Assembly (NCBI GenBank): GCA_028534125.1
Contig: CM052817.1
Location: 50,966,001 to 51,030,000 of the forward strand
Origin: Lama glama
Taxonomy: Eukaryota
Direction: 5' to 3'
DNA length: 64,000 nt
Shown here: piece by piece, positions 1 to 12,076 of the stretch
Numbering within the stretch: position 1 is the first letter of the stretch
Layout: the number at the start of each line of letters is the position of its first letter
Translations under genes and position numbers: made by a program
Notes under the pieces: generated by a model
The model's input: only the letters and a program-made list of their open reading frames with translations
Databases searched by the model: none
Told to the model about the DNA's origin: nothing

Positions 1-2863
1 TATATATCATTCACTGCCTTGTTTCTAAACTTCCAAGTTTTATCACTTGTGATTAAAACTGCTATAAACATCCATGTGCAGACTTTTTTTGTGTGTGGAC
101 ATAGCTTTTAACTTATTTGTGCAAATACCAAGGACAATTATTGCTAAATCACATGATGAGAGTATATTTAGTTTTGTTAAGAAACCACCAAACTGTTTTC
201 CAAGGTGGCTGTACTATTTTGCTTTCCCACCAGCAACAGAGTTCCTGTGGCTCCATATACTTAATAGCATTTGGTGTTTTCCGTGTTTTGGATTTTGGGT
301 TTTAAAATAGATGTGTATGATAGTAATGTTTTGACTTACAATTCGCTAATGACATACCACGTTGAACACTTTTCATAGGCTTATTTGTCATCTGTGGCTC
401 TTTGGTGACATATCTGATCAGATCATTTGCCCATTATTTTATTTTAAGTTTTTCATTTTCTTATGGTTAAGTTTTAAGATTTCTTTGTATATTTCAGATT
501 AACATTTTTTTATCATATATGTGTTTTACTATTTTTAGACTATGGCTTATTTTATCATTCTCTTGATGTTGTCTTTATAGACAAAAGTTTTTAATAATAA
601 AGTCCAGCTCACTGACTCTTTCTTTTATGGACTGACACTTTGGTATTGTATCTAGAGTCATCACCCTATCCAAAGTCACAAAGTCATCTAGGTTTTCTCC
701 TATGGTATCTTCTATGAGTTTTATAGCTTTGAATTTTTCATTTAGGTCTGTGATCCATTCTGAGTTAATTTTGTGAAGAACATAAGGTTTGTGCCAAGAT
801 TCATATTTTTGCATGTGGATGTCCAATTGTTTCAGCACCATTTGTTGAAGAGTATTTTTTCTCCATTATAGTATCTCTCCTTTGTCAAAATCAGTTGATT
901 ATACTTACATGGGTCTATTTCTGTGCTCTGTATTATGTTCCACTGATCTTTTGTCTATATTTCCACCAATACCACACTGTCTTGATTACTGGAGCCTTAC
1001 AGTATGTCTTGCTGTTCAGCAGTGTCAGTCATGTGACTTTATTCTACCTCAGTATTGGTTTTTTTGCTCTCCTTGTAAACTTCAGAATCTGTTCATATCC
1101 ACCAAATAACTTGCTGAGATTTTGATTGTGAGTGCACTGAATTTGTAGATAAAGATGGGAAAGAACTGACATCTTGCCAATACTGATCTTCCTCTGCATG
1201 AACATGGAATATCTTGCCGTTTATTTAGTTCTTTAATTTCACTTATCAAAGTTTTATAGTTTTCCTCATATGGGTCAATATATACATATATGTTAGATTT
1301 ATACCCAAGTATTTCAATTTGGTGGGTGCTAATGTAAATGGAATTGGTTTTGATTTCAAAGTCCACTTGTTCATCATTGGTACATAGAAAAGTGATTGAC
1401 TTTTGTTAGCCTTCTATCCTGAAAACTTGCTATAATTACTTACTAGTTTCAGCAGAGGTTGTTTTTTTTTTTTTTCCTGGTCTGTTATTTTGGACTTTCT
1501 ATGCAGACAATCATGTGATCTGAAAACAAAAAAAATTTACCTTATTAATATGTATACTTTCTTTCTTTTTTTGGCTTATTGCATTAGCTACACCTTCTAG
1601 TTCAATGTTGTAAAACAGTATGAGAGAGACATCTGCTTATTTGTGATTTTACTGTAAAAGCTTCACATTTTTAACTCAAGTATAATATTAACTGTACATT
1701 TTTGTAGATATTCTTTATCAACTTGACATTGTTCCTCTTTATTCCTAGTTTGCTGAGAGTTTTTAATCACAAATGCGTGTTAGGTTTTACCAAATAATTT
1801 TTCTACATTTTGATATAATCATGAGACTCCTCTTCTGTATCCTGTTGATATTATGATTTATGTTAATTGATTTTCAAGTGTTGAACTAGCCTTGAATTTC
1901 TGAGATAAATCCCATTTGGTTGTGGTGTAAAATTCTTTTTATAACTTGTTGAATTCAATTTGTTAATATTTTGTTGAGGATATTTAAGTTCATGAGAGAT
2001 ATGGTCTGGAGTTTTCATCTAATACCTTTGTCATTTTTTGGTATTAAAGTGGTGCTAATTGCATACAGTGAGTTAGAAAGTATTGTCTGTTTCTTCTTAT
2101 GTGAGTTTTGGCAGCTTGTGGCTTTCAAGCAATTGGTCCATTTCATCTAGGTTAAAAATTTGTGAGCAGAGAGTCATTTATAATATTCATGTATTATCAT
2201 TTTATTGTGCATGGGATTTATTGTGATGTCTCCCCTATATAGTAATAGTGAGGATGATTTATATCTTTTATCTTTTTTCTTAGTTTTTCTGGTTAGAGTC
2301 TTATTGATTGGGTTTTTTTCAAAGAAAAAGCTTTTGATTTCATTGATGTCCTTTATGGATTTCCTGTTTTTAATTTCATTGATTTATGTTCTAATGTTTG
2401 TTATGACTTTTCTTCTGCTTACTTTAGATTTAACTTCTTATTTTTCTAGTTTCCTTAGAAGCTTAGATTCAATGCTGTAATTTCCCTTTGAACACTGTTT
2501 TATCTGCATTCCACAAATTTGATAAGTTGTGTGTTTTCATTTAGTTCAAAACATTTTGAAATTTCTCTTGAGATCTCCTTTGACCTATGTTTCACTTAGA
2601 AGTGCACTGTTTAATCTCAACACATTTTGTGATTCCCTGGCTGTCTTTCTGTTACTGATTTCTAGTTTAATTGCACTGTGGTTAAGAGGGGACCCTGTAC
2701 GATTTCTATTTTTAAAAATTTGTTAAGATGTGTTTTATGGCCAGGAATGTGGTCTATCTTAGGTGAATGCTTTATGAAGGCTTGAGAAAAATGTGAATTC
2801 TGCTGATGTGGAATGAAGTAGTTGACAGATGCCAATTACTTCCAGGTGATTAATCTCATTATT

Positions 2864-3403
2864 TTTTTTAAAGTATTTTTTATTGATTTATACTCATTTT
2901 ACAATGTTGTGTAAAATTCTAGTGTAGAGCACAATTTTTCAGTCATACATGAACACATGTATATTCATTGTCACAATTTTTTCTCTGTGAGCTACCATAA
3001 GATTTTGTGTATATTTCCCTGTGCTATACAGTATAATCTTGTTTATCTATTCTACAATTTTGAAATCCCGTCTATCCCTTCCCACCCTCCACCCCCTTGG
3101 CAACCACAAGTTTGTATTCTATGTCTATGAGTCTGTTTCTGTTTTGTATTTATGCTTTGTTTGTTTGATTCTTTCTTTGTTTTAGATTCCACATATGAGA
3201 GATCTCATATGGTATTTTTCTTTCTCTTCTGGCTTACTTCACTTAGAATGACATTCTCCAGGAGCATTCTTGTTGCTCCAAATGGCGTTATGTTGTCAGT
3301 TTTTATGGCTGAGTAGTATTCCATTGTATAAATATACCACATCTTCTTTATCCAGTCACCTGTTGATGGACATTAAGGCTGTTTCTATATTTTGGCTCTT
3401 GTA
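2864..3403 (-). mobile_element. Young 5'-truncated L1 (3' UTR plus ORF2 end), lineage-specific subfamily
   Basis: Perfect 12-bp TSD AATCTCATTATT at 2852-2863 and 3404-3415, with a poly(T) tract at the left end. Near-identical in reverse complement to 11859-12070. Confidence 0.92.
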
Positions 3404-3958
3404 AATCTCATTATTGATATATGTCAGTTGGATCTTCCCATTTTGATAGAGAGTTCTTAAAGTGTCCAACTATAAAGTGGGTTTATCTATTTCTCTTTGC
3501 TTTTCTATCAGTTTTGCCTTACATATTTATATTCTGTTATTAGCACATACACATGAAGAATAACTGTCTTCTTGATGTACTGCTTTCCTTATCATTTAAT
3601 GTAGTATCTCTCTTTATATCTAATAATCATTTTCCTTTCTTTGAGGTCTGCTCTGTCTGAAATTAATATAGCTACTCACACATGCTCTTAACTAGTGTTA
3701 GCATGTCATATCTTTATCCTTTTATTTTTAATCTTTGTCTTTATATTAAAGTGTTCTTGCAGACAATTTGTAACTGATCCATGTTTTTTGATCCACTTTC
3801 ACAATCTCTATCTTTTAATTGATGTATTTAGAGAATTAACATTTAAGGTGATTAATAATATAGTTGGATTATAATCTACTGTATTTGTTACCATTTTGTA
3901 TTTGTTGCCTTTTGTCTTTGTCCCTATTTTTGTCTTTCATACTTTTTCTGTCTTTTGG

Positions 3959-6900
3959 ATTTTTTAAATAATTAATTGACTCAAAGTAGTTTTTACTTTA
4001 ATATGTTTTAGTTATGCAGCATTATAGTTCAACATCTGTATACAGTGCAGAGTGATTACCACAACTCATTACTATTCATCTTATCTTTCTGATAATCCAT
4101 TATTAGTGTATAGAATTGACACAGATTTCTGTATATTGAGTTTGTATCCTGCAACTTTATTGTATTTATTAGTTACAAACTTTTTTGTGGCATCTTTAGA
4201 ATTCTCTCTATCTACCTATCTATATATTATTATTTTATCTGCAAATAGTAGTAGTTTTACTTCGTTTCAGATTTGGATGCCTTCTTTTATTCTTGCCTAA
4301 CTGCTCTGGCTGAAATTTCCAATACTGTGTTGAATAAAAGTGGCAAGAATGGGCATACTTTTCTTGTTCCTGATCTTAGAGGAAAAGCTTTCAGGTTTTT
4401 TGTCATTGAGATGTTAGCTGTGCATTTGACATATATGGCCTTTAATATATTTGGGTACGTTCTCTATACCCATTTTGTTGAGAGTTTCCATAAATATTGG
4501 ATATTGAATTCTGCTGACTGCTTTTCTGCCTTGCTTGGGATGATCATGTGATTTTTATCCTTCAATTTTTTTTTTATGGAATGAACCACAGTTGATTTGC
4601 AGATGTTGAAACATCCTTGCATCCCTGGAATGAATCCTACTTAATCATCGTGTATAATCCTTTAAATGTATTATTGGCTTTGGTTTGCTGATATTTTGTT
4701 GAGAATTTTGGGATCCATGTTCATCAATGATACTTATCTGTAACTGTCTTTTTTATGGTGTCCTTGTCTGGTTCTGCTGTTAGGGTAATGCTGTCTTCAT
4801 AAAATGTGTTTGGAAGATTTCCCTCCACTTTAATTGTTTGAAAGAATTGGAGAAGGACAGGTATTAAATCTTCTTTGTATGTTTTGTGGACTTTACCTGT
4901 GAAACTGTCTTGTCCTAGGCTTTTGTTTGTTGGGAGGTTACTGATTCCTGATTCAATTGGTCTATTCAAATTTTCTATTTCTTTAAGTTTCAGTCTTGGA
5001 ACATTGCATGTTTCTGACAACTTATCCATTTCTTTTAGGTTGTCTAATTTGTTAGCATATAATTGTTGATAGTGTTTTATTAATGATCCTTTGTATTTCT
5101 GTGATAGCAGTTTTTAAATCCCCATTTTCATTTCTGATTTTATTTAAGCCTTTTTTTCTTGGATAAGCTACCTAATGATGTTACAATTTTTATTTCTACC
5201 ACAAACCAACTCAGTTTCATTGATCTTTTCCTATATTTTTTAAAGTCTCTATTTATTTCTGCTCTATTGTATATTATTTCTTTCCTTCTACTAATTTTGG
5301 GCTTCATTTGCTTTTATTTTTCTAGTTACTTTAGATATAAAGTTAGATTGCTTGTTTGACCTTTTTTCTGTTCCTAGAGGTAGCCTGCATTGCTATGAAC
5401 TTTCCTTTCAGAATCACTTTTGCTGCCTCCCACTGATTTTGATTATGTTGTATACCTGGTGTCATTTATCTCTGGGTATTTTTTTCTCTCTTCTTTGATT
5501 TTTTGATGAACCATTGGTTATTCGATAGCATGTTTTTTAATCTCCATGTTTTTGCGGTTTTGCCCATTTTTTTTTCTTGTAACTGAATCTTAGTTTTGTA
5601 CCATTGTGCTTGAGGAGGATGCCTGATATGATTTCAATCTTCTTGAATTTATTGAGACTTGTGACCTAACATGTAATCTCTCCTGGGGTGTGTTCTATGT
5701 GCCCTTCAGAATAATGTGTATTCTGTTGCTTTTGAATAGAATGATCTCTTTCTTTATATATATATTTAGTTCTATATATGTCTATTTAGTTCATCTTGTC
5801 TAATGTGTTATAAAGTTAGATGTTTTCTTACTGATTTTGTGTCCGAGGATCTATCCATTGACATAAGTGGGGTGTTAAATTTCCCTAGTATCATTATATG
5901 CCTTCAATTTCTCCTTTTAATTCTGTATGCTTTATATATCTTGGTACCACTATGTTGGGTGCATATACATTTATAAATGTTTAATAGTCTTGCTGAATTG
6001 ACCCCTTTATCATTATATAATGCTCTTCTTTGTCTTGCATTAATTTTTATTTTAAAGCCCATTTTGCCTGATATGAGTATAATTAATCCAGCTTTATTTT
6101 TATTTACATTTTCATGAAACATCTTTTTCTATCCCTTTACCTTCAGTCTCTGTGTGCCTTTATTTCTGAAGTGAGTCTCTTGTGAGTCTTGGTGGGTTTT
6201 TTGGTTTGTTTGTTTTGTTTTGTTTGTTTTTAAATCTAGCCACTCTGTCTTTTGGCTGGTGAATTTAGTCTAAATACACTTAAAGTAATTATTGATAAAT
6301 ATGTAATTATCGCCATTTTGTTGATTGTTTTCTGTTATTTTTTGGCTAATTCTGTTTTTCTTTCTTCCCTTGCATTTTGATGGTTTTCTTTAGTGTTTAG
6401 ATTTTCTCATTTTGTGTACTATGTTTTGTTCTTGCAGTTTTTGTGAGGTTCACATATAATATCCTAGGTAAATAGCAGTCTGTATTAAGTAGATAGTAAC
6501 TTAAATTTGAACACATTCCAAAGCTTTATCTTTTTATTCCTGCCCCCATATTTGATACTTTGGATGACACATTTTATAAATTTTTATTTTATATATCCCT
6601 TAACCAGCTATTGTAATTTTAGTTAATTTTACTTCTTTTGACTTCTGATCTTCATTCTTGCCTTATAAGAGGTTGATCCACTACCTTTACTATGTACTTA
6701 CTTTTTTCCAGTGAGAATTTTATTTTTATATATTTTCTTATTATTAATTAGTGCCATTTATTTTAAGTCCCTTTAACATTTCTTTTAGGGCCAGTTTAGT
6801 GGTAGTAATCTCTCTTCTCTTTTGCTTACCTGGAAAACTCTTAAATTATGAATGATAACCTTGCTGAGTAGAGAATTCTTGGTTGAATTTTTTTCCTTTC

Positions 6901-8621
6901 AGCACTTGGAATATGTCTTGCTACTCCCTTCTGGCCTGTAGAGTTTCTGCTGAAAAATACACTAACCTTATTGGGTTTCCCTTATATGGACCAAGTTGTT
7001 TTTCTCTTGCTGTTTTTAGGATTCTCTGTTCTTAAAGTTTACCCTTTGGGTTTATCTTTCAGAATTTTCTGGGCTTCCTGGACCTGGATATCTGTTTCCT
7101 TTCACAGATTATGGAAGTTTTTAGCTGCTATTTCTTCAAATTATTTTTCTGACCCTTTTCCTTTATCTTCTTCTTCTGAGACTCATGTTGTACAAATATT
7201 TTCCACTTGATGTTGTCTCAAAGGTCACTTAAATTATCTTCACTTTTGTTAATACTTTCTTCATCTTTCTCTTCTCTCTGGCTGAGTTCCATGCTTTTTC
7301 TTCTAGCTTGCCGATTTGTTCTTCCACGTCATCCAAAATGCTTTTGAACCACTCTAGTGTATTTTTAAGTTCGTTTATAACTTCTGTTTTATATTTTCTT
7401 ACATTTTCTATCTCTTTAAGTTCACTGTGTCTGTCCATCTTTATGATCATTATTTTGAACTCTTTCTCAATTAGACTGCTTATGTCTGTTTCATTTAGCT
7501 CTTTTTCTGAGGTTTAGTCTTTTTTTTTTTCTTCAACCAACTGAAACATGTTCCTTTGTGTTCTCATCTTGCCTAATTTTCTGTGTTTGTTTATGTTTTA
7601 CGTAAATCAGCTATCTTACCAAGTCTTAAAGGACTGACCTGATGTAGGAGATGTTCTGTGGGGCTCAGAAGTACATTATACCTGGTCACCAGAGTCAGGC
7701 ACTCCACGGGTATCCTCTCTGTGGGCTTCATACACATTCTTGTAATGTGGCCATGAGTGCTACTGTGGCATCCTGGTGGGCAGGGCTGACCAAATGGCTG
7801 CAGGACCTGGCTGCCTCTGCTGCTTGGTTCTGGTGTTTAGGGCTAGTCCCTGGAATGGCTGGGAGGCCCAGCCACCAGAAGCTATAAGGCATGGTTGGTG
7901 GGGTCATCACCCCGATGGCTGTGAGGTCCAGCAGAAGTACAGGCATTGTATGGACCTCTTGGTGAGGCAGTCCCATTGATATTAACAAGTTAGATGGAGA
8001 TCTCCAAAATGGCTCCTGCCAGTACTGGCTTTAGCAATGCAGACTGAGATTGAAAAAAATGGCTCTCATCAGTGTCTCAGTTCCCAGGGAGCATCCCAAC
8101 TTGTTCCTGCCTCTCTGGTAAATACTTCAAGATTGGTACATGGGTCTCCTTCACCTATGGCCCATACACTTTTCAAACTGATGTTTTTGCAATTTTAGGG
8201 ATGAAAGTGAGCTTGCACATGAGCCCTTTAAGAGTAGGTTTTCCATTCCCTGTAGTTCTATAGGTTTCTAGATATATTCCCATTGCTTTTCAAAGCAGAT
8301 GTTTAAGGGCCTATCTTTTCTGTGCAGGATCTAAGGTTTGGGATGCCTGATATGAAGATCAATGAAAAATAAGCATACCTTTGTGAGCCTTCCCAACTGT
8401 GGATCACTGTAACTGGGATGTGGCTTGTTCCTTGCGAGACTGTGTTTTTATTCCTGCTACCCCTCTTGATGCTGTCCTTTTGCCCTATGTTACAGAGACT
8501 TTTGCCCAGTCTCATGTTCCTTGCAGAGGGAATTATTCCATAGGTAGTTAAAGATTTGTTGTACCTGTGGAAGGAGGTGAGCTCAGGATCTTTCTAAGCT
8601 ACTATCTTCAGTCATCTCCTC
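3959..8621 (-). mobile_element. Internally deleted L1 retaining both 5' and 3' ends (L1MA9/L1M2-3-like), nested in the older L1
   Basis: 3'-terminal sequence at 3960-4075. ORF2 remnants: 4724..5029 'EIENLNRPI...NLPTNKSLGQDSFTG...LPNTFYEDSITL' and 5904..6122 (endonuclease-like). ORF1 coiled-coil remnant at 7229..7450. GC-richer 5' UTR at about 7620-8620, ending in a decayed L1 start (minus strand GAAGATAGTAGCTTAGAAAGATCCTGAGCTCACCTCC). Confidence 0.85.
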
Positions 8622-10994
8622 TGTTATTTCTGGTCTTAATTTATCCTTTTATATAATTTTACTTTCTCTTCTTTCTTAGTGTATCAATTATACTTTTTGC
8701 CTTTTTAGTTTCTTTGGAGTTTGCAATATACATTTACAGCTAATCTAAGTCTACTTTCAAATAACACTATAACCCTTCACGGATAGTACCTAGGGCCGCT
8801 GCTGTCATACATTTCACTTATACACAAACATTTACATATTATGTGTTTCTGCATTTATACATAAACATTTATGATGCATATTATATATAGATAAGCATAC
8901 AAAATTGAATAAATTGTTGCTATCATTTTGAAAAACAGTTATCTATTAGATCAGTTAGGATTAAGAAAAATAAAAGTTTAATTTTATCTTCACTTATTAT
9001 TTTCCTGATGTTTTTCCTTTATTTAAATCTGAGTTTTTGACCTATATCATCACCTTTTTCTGATAAACTTCCTTTGACATCTCTTGCAAAATAGGAACTA
9101 AGAACAAATTCTCAATTTTTGTCTGACAAAGTCTTTATTTCTCCTTCACTTTGGAAGGGTAATTTTATATAATTCAGAATTTTAGGTTGATGGTTTTGTT
9201 CTGTTAACACTAAATATTTCACTACACTGTCGTCTTGGTAGCAATGTTTCTGCAAAGTCATATTATTCCTATTCTTCTCTTCCCCCCCTGTTGGTAACAT
9301 GTTTTCCCCTCTGGATCCTTTCACAATTTTTTCTTTATCTTTGATTTTCTGAAGTTTATGCCTTTGGGAAGAGTTTTATTTTTGTGGCTTTTATTTTTCT
9401 TTTTTTGCATTTATCTACCTTAGTGTTCTCTGAGTTTGGTGGATCTGTGGTTTGGGGTCTGACATTAATTTGTGGGAAACTCTCAGTTGTGGTCACTTCA
9501 AATATTGCAAATATGTGCCTTTCCCTCTTTTCCTTCTGGTGTTCCTGTTATGCATACTTTATACCATTTGTAGTTAACCTACTGTCCTTGGATATTCTAG
9601 TCGGTGTTTTTTACAGTCTTTTTTTTTGGATTTGCTTTTAAGTTTTGGAAGTTTCTGTTGTCTTATCCTCAAGTTCAGAGATTCTTTCCTCATTCATGTC
9701 CAGTCTACTTATGAGTTCATAAAGCCATTTTCATTTGTTACGGTATATTTATCTCTAACATTTCCTTTTGAGTCTTTCTTTAAATTTTTATCTTTCTGCC
9801 TAATGTATCCATCTTTTTTTACATGTTGTATAAACTTTTGCCAAAGCCTTTAGCATATCAATAGCAGTTTAAAAAATTCCTGGTCATAATTTCCATATTC
9901 CTGACAGTTTTGATTCTGGTTCTGATGCTTATTGAGTCCCATCAAATTGTGTTTTTGGCAGTAAGTATGACTTGCAATTTTTTTTTTCTTTCTTGAAAGG
10001 TCAACACAATATACTGGGTAAAAGAAACTGCAATAAACAGTTGTAAGGTGTAGGGAAAAGAAAGTGCTTGATAGTCTTGTGATTAGGGCTCAGCCTTTTG
10101 GGGAGCCTATACCCCTTGCCTGTGAACTTTATTAATGCTTCTCGATTTTCACCCCCCCCCAGATGGTTCAGGATTCCTGGAAAGATATAGAGCTGTGTAT
10201 TTTGCTTCTCCCATACAAAAAAACAAGAGATAGCTGGAGTTGGCTATTTCCCTTCCCTCAAGTTGGGTTATGATATAACCACAGCAGGTTAAGCTATGGT
10301 AAAATAGTTTCTCCCGAGGGCAGGGCTTGTTAGGAACAGAATGCTCTGGCGTATTTCAAGGTGGTTCCTTTCCCCTCCCACTACCAAAATCACAAGGGAA
10401 TTCACTATGAGGACCTGATGAAGTTTCTGGAGGTAAAACTAGCAAATCTGAAGGCTGCCCTAAGACTGGGTCATTTTAGAGTTTTTATCTCTCAGGACTA
10501 TACACTGAGTCTCCAGCAATTCATCACATTTCAGGTTTTCCTACCCTGACACTGGTTCCCATGGACATTTCTTCTGGTGGGTTTCTGTTCCAGTAAACAT
10601 GCTTTTTGTATCTGATTATTTCTTCAATTATGGGAGCAGCAGTCTTCCCTATGACCTTGTTTCTCTGACAGATTAAAGACCTATTGTTATTTAAGCTTGT
10701 TTGGCTTTATTTAGTATTTTTTAAATGTTTTTTCTTTTCCTATGTGAACTGAAACAACTGCATAAAGCAAAAATTTATTGTCTTTTTGGGGTTATACTAT
10801 ATAAAGATGAAGTGGCAACAATAGCACAAAGAAAGGGGGAGGTAATAAAGCTATTCTGCAACAAATTTCTTTGTACCATTAAAATTAAATCAGTTTAAGT
10901 GTGAACTTTATTGTTTTAGGGTGCAATACCAATTGTAATCCCCAGATCAGCCTAAGCAAATAACTCAAAATGCATAATAAAAGGAAAAAGTCAA

Positions 10995-12076
10995 ATCTGG
11001 GACAAGACAAGGCTGCCCACTATCACCACTCCTATTCAACATAGTCCTCGAAGTCCAAGCCACAGCAATCGGGCAAGAGAGAGAAATAAAAGGGATCCAA
11101 ATTGGAAAAGAAGGGGTAAAAGAGTCACTATATGCCGACGACATGTTACTCTATATATAGAAAACCCTAAAAGGTCCACACAAAAACTACTAGAGCTGAT
11201 CGAAGAATTCAGCAAGGTAGCAGGTTACAAAATTAACGTTCAAAAATCAGTTGCATTTCTTTACACTAACGATGAATCAACAGAAAAAGAAAGTAAAGAA
11301 ACAATCCCCTTTAAATAGCACCCAAAGTAATAAAATACCTAGGAATAAATCTAACCAANNNNNNNNNNNNNNNNNNNNNNNNNNNNNNNNNNNNNNNNNN
11401 NNNNNNNNNNNNNNNNNNNNNNNNNNNNNNNNNNNNNNNNNNNNNNNNNNNNNNNNNNNNNNNNNNNNNNNNNNNNNNNNNNNNNNNNNNNNNNNNNNNN
11501 NNNNNNNNNNNNNNNNNNNNNNNNNNNNNNNNNNNNNNNNNNNNNNNNNNNNNNNNNNNNNNNNNNNNNNNNNNNNNNNNNNNNNNNNNNNNNNNNNNNN
11601 NNNNNNNNNNNNNNNNNNNNNNNNNNNNNNNNNNNNNNNNNNNNNNNNNNNNNNNNNNNNNNNNNNNNNNNNNNNNNNNNNNNNNNNNNNNNNNNNNNNN
11701 NNNNNNNNNNNNNNNNNNNNNNNNNNNNNNNNNNNNNNNNNNNNNNNNNNNNNNNNNNNNNNNNNNNNNNNNNNNNNNNNNNNNNNNNNNNNNNNNNNNN
11801 NNNNNNNNNNNNNNNNNNNNNNNNNNNNNNNNNNNNNNNNNNNNNNNNNNNNNNNNNNGGTAGGAAGGGATAGACAGGATTTCAAAACTGTAGAATAGAT
11901 AAACAAGATTATACTGTATAGCACAGGGAAATATACACAAGATCTTATGGTAGCTCACAGAGAAAAAAATGTGACAATGAATATATATATGTTCATGTAT
12001 GACTGAAAAATTGTGCTCTACACTAGAATTTGACACAACATTGTAAAATGATTATAAATCAATAAAAAATGTGAAA
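10995..12076 (+). mobile_element. Young 5'-truncated L1 starting in the RT domain and spanning an assembly gap
   Basis: 16-bp TSD AAAAGGAAAAAGTCAA at 10979-10994 and 12077-12092. Reads [20 protein letters not shown]...SLYADDM (YADD codons at 11131-11142). Several CpGs are retained. The 3' UTR with AATAAA follows the gap. Confidence 0.93.
11359..11858. other. Assembly gap, 500 N
   Basis: Run of N in the sequence. Confidence 1.

Larger units (their letters stand above)
1..10710 (-). mobile_element. Old, degraded LINE-1 (L1M4/L1MC-like) host element, interrupted by two younger L1s; pieces at about 1-2863, 3404-3958 and 8622-10710
   Basis: T-rich + strand. The minus-strand ORF fragments resemble L1 ORF2 (575..841 'KINSEWITDLNEKFKAIKLIEDTIGENL'). 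ORF1-like sequence lies near 9100-9900. The 5' end at about 10620-10700 is the reverse-complement relative of the L1 5' end at about 50650-50750. Confidence 0.8.

Noticed and set aside
7620..8620. GC-richer island with several ORFs as a gene promoter or exon
   Set aside because: Position and terminal motif identify it as the 5' UTR of the nested antisense L1; CpGs have decayed.
11251..12036. Three long ORFs (215-241 aa) in the ORF track
   Set aside because: Artefacts of reading through the 500-N gap.
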